A DNA stretch of 64,000 nt from Candidatus Krumholzibacteriia bacterium. GTDB taxonomy: Bacteria > Krumholzibacteriota > Krumholzibacteriia > JAJRXK01. Below are positions 39,654-50,854 of this stretch, piece after piece (within the stretch, counting starts at the first letter, position 1; every line of letters begins with the position of its first letter). The DNA lies in contig JBGPIA010000003.1 of NCBI GenBank assembly GCA_041484665.1, forward strand, positions 64,001 to 128,000. The letters run 5' to 3'. The translations under genes were made by a program, and so were the position numbers. Under the pieces are notes generated by a model that worked only from the letters and a program-made list of their open reading frames with translations, had not been told where the DNA came from and ran no database searches.

Positions 39654-41852
39654 ATGATCGAGCACGGAGGATCCGCGGCCGACGCCCGCCTGCGATACGG
39701 ACGTGGCATTCCGGCGAAGTCGATTGCAGCCTGCACCACCGCCGGCAGGGTCACCCGCGCAGGTCTTGCCGTGCTGCTGCTGGGGCTCGCGTTGGACGCC
39801 GGCGCTGTGGCGCCGGTGGCGGACACTGCGCTTGGCAGCGACCCGACGGCCGCTCTGGCGGGCGACAACGCGGTGGACACGCAGACTGCCGGCGGACCGG
39901 TCGCCGCGCAGACCCCGATCGCAGCCGCCACCGCGCACACCGCAAGCGTGCAGGCCCCGGCGGTGGCCTCGCCCGACCGCGCGTTGCCGGCGGCCGCGGC
40001 GCCGGAGCCGGGCCTGCAAGGTCCGCCCCGCGCGCGCCTGGCGGACGAAGCTGCGACCCGCGCTGACGCGGCGCAGCAGGCCGTGACCGTGTCGCCGGTG
40101 GACTGGAGCCGCATTCTCGCCGCGCGCGCGGCGCGCTTCGGAGAGAGCCGCCTTGCGTATCACCAGGGCCTCGCATTCCTGGCGCAGGGCAGCCCCGACC
40201 GCGGGCGCGCCGAGCTCGAGCGCTCGGCGCAACTCGACCCGTCGTACCCCGCCCCCCATTTCGCGCTGGCGAGACTGTTCGTGCGCCAACATAGCCCGTT
40301 GGTTCTGGGCAAGCTCTTCGACGGGATGTCCAGCGCCATCCGGGGCTTCCGCAACCAATCGCTGCTGGCGGCCAACACGCTACTGAGTGTCGACCTGACT
40401 CTGCTCGTGCTGCTGGTGTGGACGCTGGGCGTGCTGTTGCTGCGCTACCTGCCGTTCCTGCACCATCAGCTCTGGGCACGGTTGGAGCGGCGCGGGCACC
40501 GGCACTCCCGCGGGCTGGTCCTGTGGGGGGCGATCCTTGCGCCTCTGGGCTTTGGGTTGGGACTGGTGCCCACGCTGGTCGTAGCGTTGCTTCCGGTCTG
40601 GCTCTACGCGGGTTGGCGGCCGCGCGTGCTGCTGACCCTGTTGGTCACGTGGTTCGCGTTGCAGGGCCTGTGGCCTGCGCCCTTCGGTGCTGCACTCGTG
40701 GGCCTGGACCCGCGCAGCTCCAGCTCGCTGGCACTGCGCGCCGCCGAGGAGCCGCCGTCTTTGGCCTTGCACCGCGATCTGGATCAGGCGATTGCGCAGC
40801 AGCCGGGCAGCGCCGACCTGCTCTTCGCGCGCGGCTTGCTGGAGGCGCGTGAGGGGCGCTTCGCGACCAGCACGGCAAGCCTCACCGCGGGCCTGCAGCT
40901 GGACCCTGCCAGCGCGGTCGCCACGACGAACCTTGCCAACAACCACTTCTTCCTGGGCGACGCCGACCGCGCGGTCGCCGGCTACCAGCGGGCGGCCGCC
41001 TTGGACTCCACCCAGGCGCTGGCCTACTACAATCTGAGCCAGGCCTATATCAAGAAACTGTTCTTCAAAGAGGCGGGCGCGGCGATGAAGGCGGCGAGCG
41101 CACACGGCTTCTCTGTGGCCAAGCTGCCCGAAGGGATGCCGCGCGGCGCCGTGCTCTACGTGCGGCCCGACGACGCCGAGCTCTGGCGGCTGGCCTGGGC
41201 CGACCGCGGCTGCGTCGCGCCCTACGACCTGCTGGCGCGCCGTTTGCGCTGGCTGGGCGTGCCGCCGGACCACGTGGGTCTGTGGCTGCTGGTCGGGCTG
41301 GCAGGTTCGGCCATGCTCTCGGTGCTGCGGCGGCGCGAGCGCCTGGTGTTCGAGTGCGCCAACTGCGGATCGCTGGCCTGCGCCGCGTGCAGCGGCGAGC
41401 ACGACGGCAGCGTCCTGTGCGCGGGCTGCGACGCCACCGCGCGGCGCGCCAAGAGCGAGCTGGTGCAGGGAACGTTGCTGCGCAATCGGCGGCGGGAAGC
41501 CGAGAGCGTCTTCCAGCGCCGGGTGCGCCGCCTCAATGCCTGGCTGCTGGGCGCCGGCGGGCTCTACAACGGCGTGAGCGTGCGCGAGACCGCGCAGGGG
41601 CTGGCGCTGTCGGTGCTCACGGCGGGCCTGATCGCCGGCGGACCGCTGGTGGTCGACGCGTGGGATGCGCTGCCTGTGCCCGCGCTCAACTGGCGGCGGA
41701 TCGTGTGCGCCGCCTTGCTACTCTTGCTCGCGCTGCTGGCGCGGTTGGATCGGCCTTCGTGGCGCAGCCGCCAGCTCCATCTGCACCCGTCCAGCCTCGT
41801 GCGGCTGGTGGACCTGATCGAGGGCCGGCCCGTACGCAAACTGAAGACCTGA
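39654..41852 (+). CDS. Membrane protein with TPRs, several TM helices and a Cys-rich zinc-finger-like motif
   Basis: TPR-like helices (AHFALARL, AYYNLSQAY), TM stretches, CANCGSLACAAC...LCAGC. Start uncertain. Confidence 0.7.
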   Translation: MIEHGGSAADARLRYGRGIPAKSIAACTTAGRVTRAGLAVLLLGLALDAGAVAPVADTALGSDPTAALAGDNAVDTQTAGGPVAAQTPIAAATAHTASVQAPAVASPDRALPAAAAPEPGLQGPPRARLADEAATRADAAQQAVTVSPVDWSRILAARAARFGESRLAYHQGLAFLAQGSPDRGRAELERSAQLDPSYPAPHFALARLFVRQHSPLVLGKLFDGMSSAIRGFRNQSLLAANTLLSVDLTLLVLLVWTLGVLLLRYLPFLHHQLWARLERRGHRHSRGLVLWGAILAPLGFGLGLVPTLVVALLPVWLYAGWRPRVLLTLLVTWFALQGLWPAPFGAALVGLDPRSSSSLALRAAEEPPSLALHRDLDQAIAQQPGSADLLFARGLLEAREGRFATSTASLTAGLQLDPASAVATTNLANNHFFLGDADRAVAGYQRAAALDSTQALAYYNLSQAYIKKLFFKEAGAAMKAASAHGFSVAKLPEGMPRGAVLYVRPDDAELWRLAWADRGCVAPYDLLARRLRWLGVPPDHVGLWLLVGLAGSAMLSVLRRRERLVFECANCGSLACAACSGEHDGSVLCAGCDATARRAKSELVQGTLLRNRRREAESVFQRRVRRLNAWLLGAGGLYNGVSVRETAQGLALSVLTAGLIAGGPLVVDAWDALPVPALNWRRIVCAALLLLLALLARLDRPSWRSRQLHLHPSSLVRLVDLIEGRPVRKLKT

Positions 41853-41895
41853 GCGCCCACCGACCCAAGAGCGCGCCACTGCGCGGGAGGATGCC

Positions 41896-42999
41896 GTGAG
41901 CCTGGAAGGCAGGCTGAGCGATTTCACGCTGGAGGAGATCCTCCAGCTCATCGCGCTGCAGCAGAAGACCGGCGTGCTCAACGTCGAGGCCTCGTACCCG
42001 ATGGTCCTCTATTTCGAGTCGGGTGAGCTGGTCAGCTATCGGGACCGGCGCGGCGCCGGCACGGACCAGCTCCAGGCGTTCCTGCGCAAGTATGGCTTCT
42101 TCAGCAGTGAGAGCTGGGAGCACATCGACTTCGTCCAGCGCAACAGCAGCCTCGACCTGACCGAGATCCTGATCAACGAGGGCCTGCTCTCCCCCGAGGC
42201 GCTGGCGCGCGTGCAGCAAGACACCGCCCAGGAGCACCTGAACCACGGCATGCTCCTGCGCGACGGGCGCTACGCGTTCACCGCCGGCCGCGAGGTCCTG
42301 ATGGGCCTCAAGGGGCGGGTGCGCATGAAGGTGGAGGGGCTGCTCATGGAGGCCGCGCGCCGCATCGATGAGATGCCGGTGCTCCAGGAGCGCTACGGTG
42401 GGGACCGCGTCAAGATCCGGCGCACCGACAAGGAGGCCGACCCCGAGAACCTCTCGTCGGGGATGCGGCACCTGCTCTCGATCGTGGGCAACGAGAGCAC
42501 CGTGAAGGCGGTGGTCGGATCGGCCCGCATGTCCGAGTTCGACACGCTGCAGGTGCTCGAGGAGCTGCGCCAGAAGGGGCTGGTGCTGGTGATGGCCCCG
42601 CCGAAGGCCGTCAAGGCGGAGGGCGAGGTCCAGCCGGAGGAGGAACGCGGCGCGCAGCGGGTCGGACAGCGCGCCGCCGCGCTCTGGACGTTGGTGATGC
42701 TGGGGCTCGCGGCGCTGCTGTGGTTGTTCGATCCGCTCGCGGCCTATCGCGTCCGCCCGACGGCAGGGACGCAGCGGGCCGCGGAGCTGGCCGGCACGCG
42801 CCAGCTGCAGCGCATCGAGAGCGCGCTCTTCCTCTATCAGGCTGCCCGCGGCGGCTACCCGCAGAATCTGCAGGCCCTCGTCGAGGCCCGGCTGCTGGAG
42901 CCCACCGCTCTGAAGGGCACTGGCGCCGTCGAGTACACGGTGGCACCCGACGGGCGCAGCTACAGCGTGCACCCCGCACGGCTGAACGCTCCGCAGTAG
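41896..42999 (+). CDS. DUF4388 (PatA-N-like) domain membrane protein with GspG/pseudopilin-like C-terminus
   Basis: MSLEGRLSDFTLEEILQLI-QKTGVL, LLMEAARRIDE, TM helix, RIESALFLY...YPQNLQALV. Confidence 0.78.
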   Translation: MSLEGRLSDFTLEEILQLIALQQKTGVLNVEASYPMVLYFESGELVSYRDRRGAGTDQLQAFLRKYGFFSSESWEHIDFVQRNSSLDLTEILINEGLLSPEALARVQQDTAQEHLNHGMLLRDGRYAFTAGREVLMGLKGRVRMKVEGLLMEAARRIDEMPVLQERYGGDRVKIRRTDKEADPENLSSGMRHLLSIVGNESTVKAVVGSARMSEFDTLQVLEELRQKGLVLVMAPPKAVKAEGEVQPEEERGAQRVGQRAAALWTLVMLGLAALLWLFDPLAAYRVRPTAGTQRAAELAGTRQLQRIESALFLYQAARGGYPQNLQALVEARLLEPTALKGTGAVEYTVAPDGRSYSVHPARLNAPQ

Positions 43000-43096
43000 C
43001 CTGCGACCCCGACCCCGCCCCGCGCCGCGCGGCGCAGCTAGCCAGGGCTCAGCCGCAGCGCGGCGGATCCTCCACCCTGGTCAGCGGGCGCGGGAG

Positions 43097-43918
43097 CTAG
43101 CGAGCGGCTGCGGAGGTGCGCCCCGGGATGGGCGCCGATTGCATCCAGCCCATGGGTCGGCGAGGCAGCAGCAGCGCCGCCAGTCCTGGCAAGCGTTCCG
43201 CCGTCCTCCACCGCGCGCCGCGCAGGAACCCCATCTGGAAGCCGGCCTTGACCGCCAGCTCGGCGACCTCCGCGTTGGCGGCCCCCGCGGGATAGCCGAG
43301 GGCGATGGGCTCCACGCCCAGGCGCTTCTCGATCTCGCGCCGGGAGCGCATCAAGTCGCCGAAGGCGATCTCGGCGGGCAGTCGCGTCAGGTCAGCGCCG
43401 CAGTGCCCTTGGCACTGCACCGTCGCGCCGCGCGCGACCAATCCCTCCAGCTCCGCCCACGCGATGCTCTGCACCTGGCGGAATCCGGTGTTTGGGCCCC
43501 GCCGTTGGGTGCGGCCCACCTGCCCGGTGGAGACGAAGATCAATGGTTGGATGGCGCGGGCCTGCAGCAGAGGCCAGGCGAGCTCGAGGAAATCGCCGCC
43601 GGGATGGTCGAAGCTGACCAGCGCCTCCGGGCGTGACGGCGCTGCAGCCGCGAGCAGGCGCTCGACGAACTCCTCGAAGTTGAGCATTCGCACACCCGCG
43701 CGCAGCAGCGCGTCGAGCTGCCGCTCCAACTGCGCCGCGGTGATCCACGCCGCACCCAGCGCCGGGCCGCGAACGACGCTCGGGAATGCCAGCACCAGCG
43801 CGCAGCGCGCCCGCAACGCCGCGACTGCGGGCAGCTCTCCTGCGACGCCACTGTCCACGCGGTCGCCGGCGTCGCGCGCCGGGATCCGGGACGACCCCTG
43901 CTGACTCGGATCGGTCAT
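43097..43918 (-). CDS. Polysaccharide deacetylase (NodB/CE4)-like protein with degenerate active site
   Basis: Fold landmarks (L-FVSTG, W-EL-LV-RG, YPAG, AGF) are present, but SFDHPG replaces TFDDG and QGHCGAD replaces SH(T/S)xxH. Confidence 0.72.
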   Translation of the reverse strand: MTDPSQQGSSRIPARDAGDRVDSGVAGELPAVAALRARCALVLAFPSVVRGPALGAAWITAAQLERQLDALLRAGVRMLNFEEFVERLLAAAAPSRPEALVSFDHPGGDFLELAWPLLQARAIQPLIFVSTGQVGRTQRRGPNTGFRQVQSIAWAELEGLVARGATVQCQGHCGADLTRLPAEIAFGDLMRSRREIEKRLGVEPIALGYPAGAANAEVAELAVKAGFQMGFLRGARWRTAERLPGLAALLLPRRPMGWMQSAPIPGRTSAAAR

Positions 43919-44049
43919 GGCTGGAAACCGGCTGCGACCGACCACTCCGCAGCGCCGGCGTGGTACGAGGCCGACGCGGCGCGCGCGGAGCGCGGGCGGG
44001 TGGAGCCGATGGAGGAGCCGCGAGGGAAATCGCAGGTGTCAGCCTGCGC

Positions 44050-44078
44050 ACCATAGCACGGCGGGCACGGCCGGGCAA
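44050..44078 (-). promoter_or_regulatory. Candidate sigma70 promoter for the deacetylase-like gene
   Basis: Minus strand TTGCCC-N17-TATGGT with extended TG. Confidence 0.45.
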
Positions 44079-44125
44079 CGGGCGTTCACAGCGCGCTGGC
44101 CCCACGCCCCTGACGCGCGCGCGTA

Positions 44126-44134
44126 TGCTAGAGT
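44126..44134 (+). promoter_or_regulatory. Candidate extended -10 promoter for the aminotransferase
   Basis: TGcTAGAGT about 60 nt upstream of the GAGGAGG-ATG start. Confidence 0.4.
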
Positions 44135-44194
44135 GCCAGCCGGGCGGCGCGCCCCGGCGCCGCGCACGACGCCTGCGCCAGCGAGGAGGTCGCC

Positions 44195-45382
44195 ATGATC
44201 CAGCCCGCGTCCCGCTTGCGCGCTCTCCCCAGGTATGCGTTCGAGGAGCTGCTCGCGCTGCGCGACCAGACCGCCGCCCGCGGAGTGGCGGTGCTCGACA
44301 TGGGCGTGGGCAATCCCGACGCGCGTCCCCCCGCCCAGGCCATCACCGCACTGGTGGAGGCAGCGCAGGCCGAGCGACCCAACTACCACCGCTACGCCAG
44401 CTTCAACGGCCTGCCCGAGCTGCGCAGGGCCGCCGCCGCCTGGTACGGTCGCCGCTTCAACGTGCACTTGGACCCCGACCGCGAGGTGCTCCCGGTGCTG
44501 GGGAGCAAGGAGGGCCTCTATCATCTGATGCAGGCCTACGTCGATCCCGGCGATATCGTCCTGATCCCCTCGCCGTGCTACCCCGCATACCTGGGCGCCG
44601 CGCGGCTGGCCGAGGCGACCATCGTCGAGCTGCCGCTCTCGCCGCGCAACCGCTGGCTGATCGACTTCAGCACGGTCGAAAGCGAGACCGCGCGCGGCGC
44701 CAAACTGCTGCTCATGAACTATCCCAACAATCCAACGGGCGCGATCTGCGACCTCGACCACTATCGCGACGCCATCGCCTTCTGCCGCGATTTCGACATC
44801 CTACTGGCGAGCGACATCGCCTACAGCGAGCTCTCCCTCACCGATGGGCACGTACCGGCGAGTGTGTTCGAGCTGCCCGGAGCGCGGCAGCAGGCGGTGG
44901 AGTTCTCGTCGTTGTCCAAGAGCTACGCCATGGCGGGCTGGCGCGTGGGCTTCTGCGTGGGAAACGCCGAGGCGGTAGGCAATCTGCTGCGCCTGAAGTG
45001 CAACGTCGATTTCGGGATGTTCCTGGCGGTGCAGAAGGGCGCCGAGGCGGCGTTGTCGGGCGACGACCGCGCGCTGTCGCAGACGCGTCGGATGCTGCGC
45101 CGGCGCGCGGCGCTCCTGTGCGGCGGGCTGCGCCGGCTGGGCTGGGAGGTGGACGAGCCTGCGGCCACGCTCTACGCCTGGGCGCGCGTCCCACCCCCTT
45201 TCGGCGAAGACGATGTACGGTTCGTGTTTGAGTTGCTCGAGCGCGCCGGGGTGCTGCTCACACACGGCTCGGCGTTCGGCACCCACGGCCGCGGCTACGT
45301 GCGCATCTCGCTCTCGCTCGACGAGGCTGGCATCGACGCGGCGCTGTCCCGCATCGAGAGCAGCGGCATCCTGCAGGGCTGA
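44195..45382 (+). CDS. PLP-dependent class I/II aminotransferase (LL-diaminopimelate aminotransferase/AlaC-like)
   Basis: DMGVGNPD, LGSKEG, NYPNNPTG, D-AY and SLSKSY-MAGWRVG (PLP Lys). Confidence 0.9.
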   Translation: MIQPASRLRALPRYAFEELLALRDQTAARGVAVLDMGVGNPDARPPAQAITALVEAAQAERPNYHRYASFNGLPELRRAAAAWYGRRFNVHLDPDREVLPVLGSKEGLYHLMQAYVDPGDIVLIPSPCYPAYLGAARLAEATIVELPLSPRNRWLIDFSTVESETARGAKLLLMNYPNNPTGAICDLDHYRDAIAFCRDFDILLASDIAYSELSLTDGHVPASVFELPGARQQAVEFSSLSKSYAMAGWRVGFCVGNAEAVGNLLRLKCNVDFGMFLAVQKGAEAALSGDDRALSQTRRMLRRRAALLCGGLRRLGWEVDEPAATLYAWARVPPPFGEDDVRFVFELLERAGVLLTHGSAFGTHGRGYVRISLSLDEAGIDAALSRIESSGILQG

Positions 45383-45390
45383 GCCCCTTT

Positions 45391-45782
45391 GCGCCCGGCG
45401 CAGGCCCCGCGGCCAACGCTGCGCAGCAGGATGGCGTGCGCAGGCCCAAGCCCCCGCACACTCTCCCCCGCGATGTCCTCGCCCCGCGGCGACTTGCTGG
45501 TAGCAGCACAACGCTGACGGCCCCTGGCTCCGCACGGTCGGCGAGCGACACTCCGCAGCCCGCCGGCCGATTCCTGGGTTCATCGGCCGGCGGGCGAGGA
45601 CCGTCGCGAGCGGACCGTGGGAGTCAGGGGCCTGTGCGCTTCGTGCTGGAACGGGTGGTTGGCCGCGGATCTGCGGAGTGTCGCGGGGGAGAGTGTGCGG
45701 GGGCTTGGGCCATCGGCGCGCTGCGGCTGCGTGCACGCTGCCGCGGGGAGCGCCGCTCGCGCAGGGAGACTGCGCCGGGCGC
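45391..45782. repeat. ~390-bp imperfect inverted repeat (rod-like hairpin) between convergent genes
   Basis: Perfect 31-bp arms 45443-45473/45681-45711; 13-bp terminal arms 45391-45403/45770-45782; inner stems 45519-45531/45620-45632, 45533-45539/45613-45619 and 45558-45571/45582-45595. Confidence 0.9.
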
Positions 45783-45790
45783 GTGAGCGG

Positions 45791-47065
45791 TTAGCCGGCG
45801 AAGGCGAGCTTGCGGGCGGGACCGTGGCCGACGACCGTCTGCTGCGCCGGATCGAGGAACTGCTGCGCCAGGCGCACGAGGTCGTCGCGCGTGGTGCGCT
45901 CGATCCCCTCGAGCAGCTCGGCCGCGGGGATGAAGCGCCCGTGGTACAGCTCGTTGCGCGCCAGGCGCGACATCTGGTTCATGGAACCCTCCATCCCCAG
46001 CACCAGCGAGCCTGTGAGCTGCGCCTTGTTCATCTCCACTTCATCGTCGCCGAGGTCGCCCGCGCGCAGCCGCTCGTATTCGGCGGAGATCACCCGCAGA
46101 GCCCGCACGCAGCTGCGCGGGCTGGCTGAGAAGCTCGTGCAGAACACGCCCGCGTCGCTGTGGAAGTCGGCGTAGGTGCAGATGGAGTAGGCCAGCCCCT
46201 GCTCCTCGCGCACCTTCTGGAAGAGCCGGCTGCTCATGCCGCCGCCCAGGACGCTGCTCAGGAGCAGCACCCCCATGCGGTCGGGATGGACGGTGGACAC
46301 GCCGGGGACGGCGATCTCGACGTATTGCTGGGCCAGCCGGCGCGGGTAGACCCAGCTGCCGGCAGCGAGCGGGGGCGCAACCTGCGCGGCGCCGCGCGCC
46401 GGACCCCCGTCGGGCAGGTCGAAGGCGCAGGCCACCAGCTCCTCCTCGCGGGCGGTGACCGCTCCGGCGACGGAGAGCACGATGTTGCTGCCGCGGTGCA
46501 CGCGGTGCGCCCACTGCTGTAGCGCATCGGACTGCATGGCGGCCACGCTCTGCTCGGTGCCCAGGATCGGCCGGCTGAGCGGATGCCCGTCCAGCAGGTG
46601 CTCCATGAGCTTCTCGTGGATGAAATCGTCCGGTGTGTCTTCGCTGCTCTTGATCTCCTCCAGCACGACCTTCTTCTCCAGCTCGAGCTGATCCGGAGCG
46701 TAGGCCGAGTGCAGGAGCATCTCCGACAGGATCGAGAGCGCGTCGGGCAGCTTCGCCGGCACCACCTTCACCGTGTAGGCGGTGTACTCCTTGGTCGTGT
46801 AGGCGTCGATGCTGGCGCCGATCGCCTCCATGTCGCGGGCGAGCTCGAACGCGCTGCGCCGGTCGGTGCCCTTGAAGACCATGTGCTCGAGCATGTGGCT
46901 GACGCCGCCCAGACCAGGGGGCTCGTCGCGCGTGCCGGTGCGCACCCACACGCCCAGGGCGACGCCGTAGGCGTCGGGCGTGGGGCGGGTGAGTAGCACC
47001 GCGCCCTGGCGAAGCACGGTCCGCCGCGGGGGGTGCTCGTTGCTGAGGTCGACCTGCAATTGCAC
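45791..47065 (-). CDS. M16 family (pitrilysin/insulinase-like) zinc peptidase
   Basis: HMLEHMVFKGT (HxxEH), EKKVVLEEI and LGGGMSSRLFQKVRE-GLAYS. Typical position downstream of pnp. GTG start inferred. Confidence 0.92.
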   Translation of the reverse strand: MQLQVDLSNEHPPRRTVLRQGAVLLTRPTPDAYGVALGVWVRTGTRDEPPGLGGVSHMLEHMVFKGTDRRSAFELARDMEAIGASIDAYTTKEYTAYTVKVVPAKLPDALSILSEMLLHSAYAPDQLELEKKVVLEEIKSSEDTPDDFIHEKLMEHLLDGHPLSRPILGTEQSVAAMQSDALQQWAHRVHRGSNIVLSVAGAVTAREEELVACAFDLPDGGPARGAAQVAPPLAAGSWVYPRRLAQQYVEIAVPGVSTVHPDRMGVLLLSSVLGGGMSSRLFQKVREEQGLAYSICTYADFHSDAGVFCTSFSASPRSCVRALRVISAEYERLRAGDLGDDEVEMNKAQLTGSLVLGMEGSMNQMSRLARNELYHGRFIPAAELLEGIERTTRDDLVRLAQQFLDPAQQTVVGHGPARKLAFAG

Positions 47066-47159
47066 GGGGCGCGACCGGGGGCGTGGGGAACGTCGCGGGC
47101 GGGAGGACACCTCCCGCCCGCAAGATCTCGAAGCAGACGGAGCCGGGCCTGGCCCAGCC

Positions 47160-49265
<2,106 letters not shown>

Positions 49266-49384
49266 AGCACACTACTCCTACTACGACGAACGCAACGTTT
49301 CGCGGTAGCCAACAACCGTATGGACAGAACCGTCCGCGGGCGGCCCAGCGTGTCGTAATCGCCGATGGCCGCCGCAGGCGCGGG

Positions 49385-49654
49385 CTAGCCGCGGATCCCG
49401 AGCTCTTTGATCAGGGCCCGAAAGCTGACGAGGTCCTTGGTCTTCAGATAGTTGAGCAAGCGCTTGCGCTGTCCAACCATCTTCAAGAGACCCCGCCGCG
49501 AATGGTGGTCCTTCTTGTGGACCTTGAAGTGCTCGGTGAGGCTGTTGATCCGCTCGCTGAGCAGCGCGATCTGCACTTCGGGGGAGCCCGAGTCGTGCTC
49601 GTGCTTCCTGTAGCGGCTGATGATCTCGCTCTTTTTCCCCTTGTCCAGCGCCAT
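49385..49654 (-). CDS. rpsO: 30S ribosomal protein S15
   Basis: [12 protein letters not shown] and [28 protein letters not shown] 49654 after AGGAGG; 89 aa. Confidence 0.98.
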   Translation of the reverse strand: MALDKGKKSEIISRYRKHEHDSGSPEVQIALLSERINSLTEHFKVHKKDHHSRRGLLKMVGQRKRLLNYLKTKDLVSFRALIKELGIRG

Positions 49655-49787
49655 CGTCTCAGAACCTCCTGCCGGCTTTGCCGGTGCGATGGCAGCAGGC
49701 TGAGCCAGCCAGCCGCACCCTCGTCTCCGAGGGCCGCCAGCGGAACGCCCACCATGGGTTTGGCTTTCCTCTCTGAATTGACACGGC

Positions 49788-49816
49788 AGGATAGGCGTAC
49801 CCCGAGGGGGTGTCAA
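49788..49816 (-). promoter_or_regulatory. sigma70-type promoter for rpsO-pnp
   Basis: Minus strand TTGACA-N17-TATCCT. Confidence 0.75.
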
Positions 49817-49852
49817 GGAGCACCACCCCCCGACCCCACTTGCCAGGTCCCC

Positions 49853-50854
49853 TCACTCCAGGCGATCGAGGCGCTCGGGGCGCTGCGGTCCGGGCGCTTC
49901 ACCCAGGCGCCGGCGAGCCTCCGCGACGTCGTGGCGGATGCGTGCCGCGAGGGCCGAGGCGTCGGGAAACCGGATTTCTTCCCGGATGGGTGCGGCGAGG
50001 GCGACCTCGAGCGTCTGGCCGCGGAGGTCCGGTGCGCCGTCGAGCAGATGCACCTCCAAGCCAAGCACCGAGCCGTCGGTCATGGTGGGAGCGCGCCCCA
50101 GGTTCAGGACGGCGTCCGACCAGGGGGTTCTGGTGTCCCCCAACGGTCGCGCTGTCCGCGCCCAGCAGGCGTAGACCCCGGGCGGCGGGAGCAGCTTCTC
50201 CGGGCGGCCCACGTCCAGGTTAGCGGTGGGGAAGCCCAGCCGCCGGCCATCGCCGCGGCCTTCGACCACCCGCCCGCGAATCAGATAGGGATGGCCCAGC
50301 ATCGCCGTGGCGTCCGCCAGCCGTCCCGCCTGGATCGCGGCGCGGATGCGGCTGCTGCTGATGGGCTCCCCTTCGTGCCGTACGCTGGCCACCTGGCTGA
50401 TGGCGAAACCGGCGCTCTCCGCCAGATCGGCGACCGTGGCGTAGGTGCCGCCGCGGTTGCGCCCGAAGTGGACCTCGTGGCCGAGCACGAAGTGCGCGAG
50501 CCCCAGCCGCTCCAGCAGGACGCGCCGTACGAACGCGTCGTACTCCAGCTGGGCCAGCCGATCGTCGAACTCGAGGATGACGACGGCAGGCACGTCCGCG
50601 GCGTCGAACAGCCGCAGCATCTCCTCCTCGGTGGTGAGCAGGCGCGGGCTCTCGCGCGGGGTGAGTACGGCGCGCGGGTGGCGGCCGAAGGTCACCACCG
50701 CAGCGCCGTCCATGCCCGGCGCCTGGGCGATGCGCAGGAGCTGTCCGAGGATCGCCTGGTGACCACGGTGCACGCCGTCGAAGGTGCCCAGCGTCACGGC
50801 GCGCCGGCCCGTCAGGCAGGGCACTTGATCAAACGGTCCCCGAAACGTCTCCAT
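49853..50854 (-). CDS. ribF: Bifunctional riboflavin kinase/FAD synthetase
   Basis: GTFDGVHRGHQ, ISSSRIR, GRRLGFPTAN, GVYA and EVHLLD. Confidence 0.96.
   Translation of the reverse strand: METFRGPFDQVPCLTGRRAVTLGTFDGVHRGHQAILGQLLRIAQAPGMDGAAVVTFGRHPRAVLTPRESPRLLTTEEEMLRLFDAADVPAVVILEFDDRLAQLEYDAFVRRVLLERLGLAHFVLGHEVHFGRNRGGTYATVADLAESAGFAISQVASVRHEGEPISSSRIRAAIQAGRLADATAMLGHPYLIRGRVVEGRGDGRRLGFPTANLDVGRPEKLLPPPGVYACWARTARPLGDTRTPWSDAVLNLGRAPTMTDGSVLGLEVHLLDGAPDLRGQTLEVALAAPIREEIRFPDASALAARIRHDVAEARRRLGEAPGPQRPERLDRLE

Noticed and set aside
39252..40358. Apparent 370-aa N-terminal extension of AsnRS in the ORF track
   Set aside because: Homology starts at MGEAIW (39251), which has an RBS and a promoter at 39368-39396. 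The extension is antisense to the next gene.
43010..43096. Short GC-rich hairpin between the convergent DUF4388 and deacetylase-like genes
   Set aside because: Plausibly an ordinary terminator or stabiliser, but it has no U-tract and such stems are common at this GC content.
45560..45610. HDV-like ribozyme suggested by CGG-UCCUCGC-CCG on the minus strand
   Set aside because: No matching P1/P2 partners, no GG for P1.1 and no J4/2 catalytic strand.
45391..45782. CRISPR array, 6S RNA or retron msr-msd interpretation of the hairpin
   Set aside because: No direct repeat-spacer periodicity, no cas or reverse transcriptase genes, and it is about twice the length of 6S RNA.
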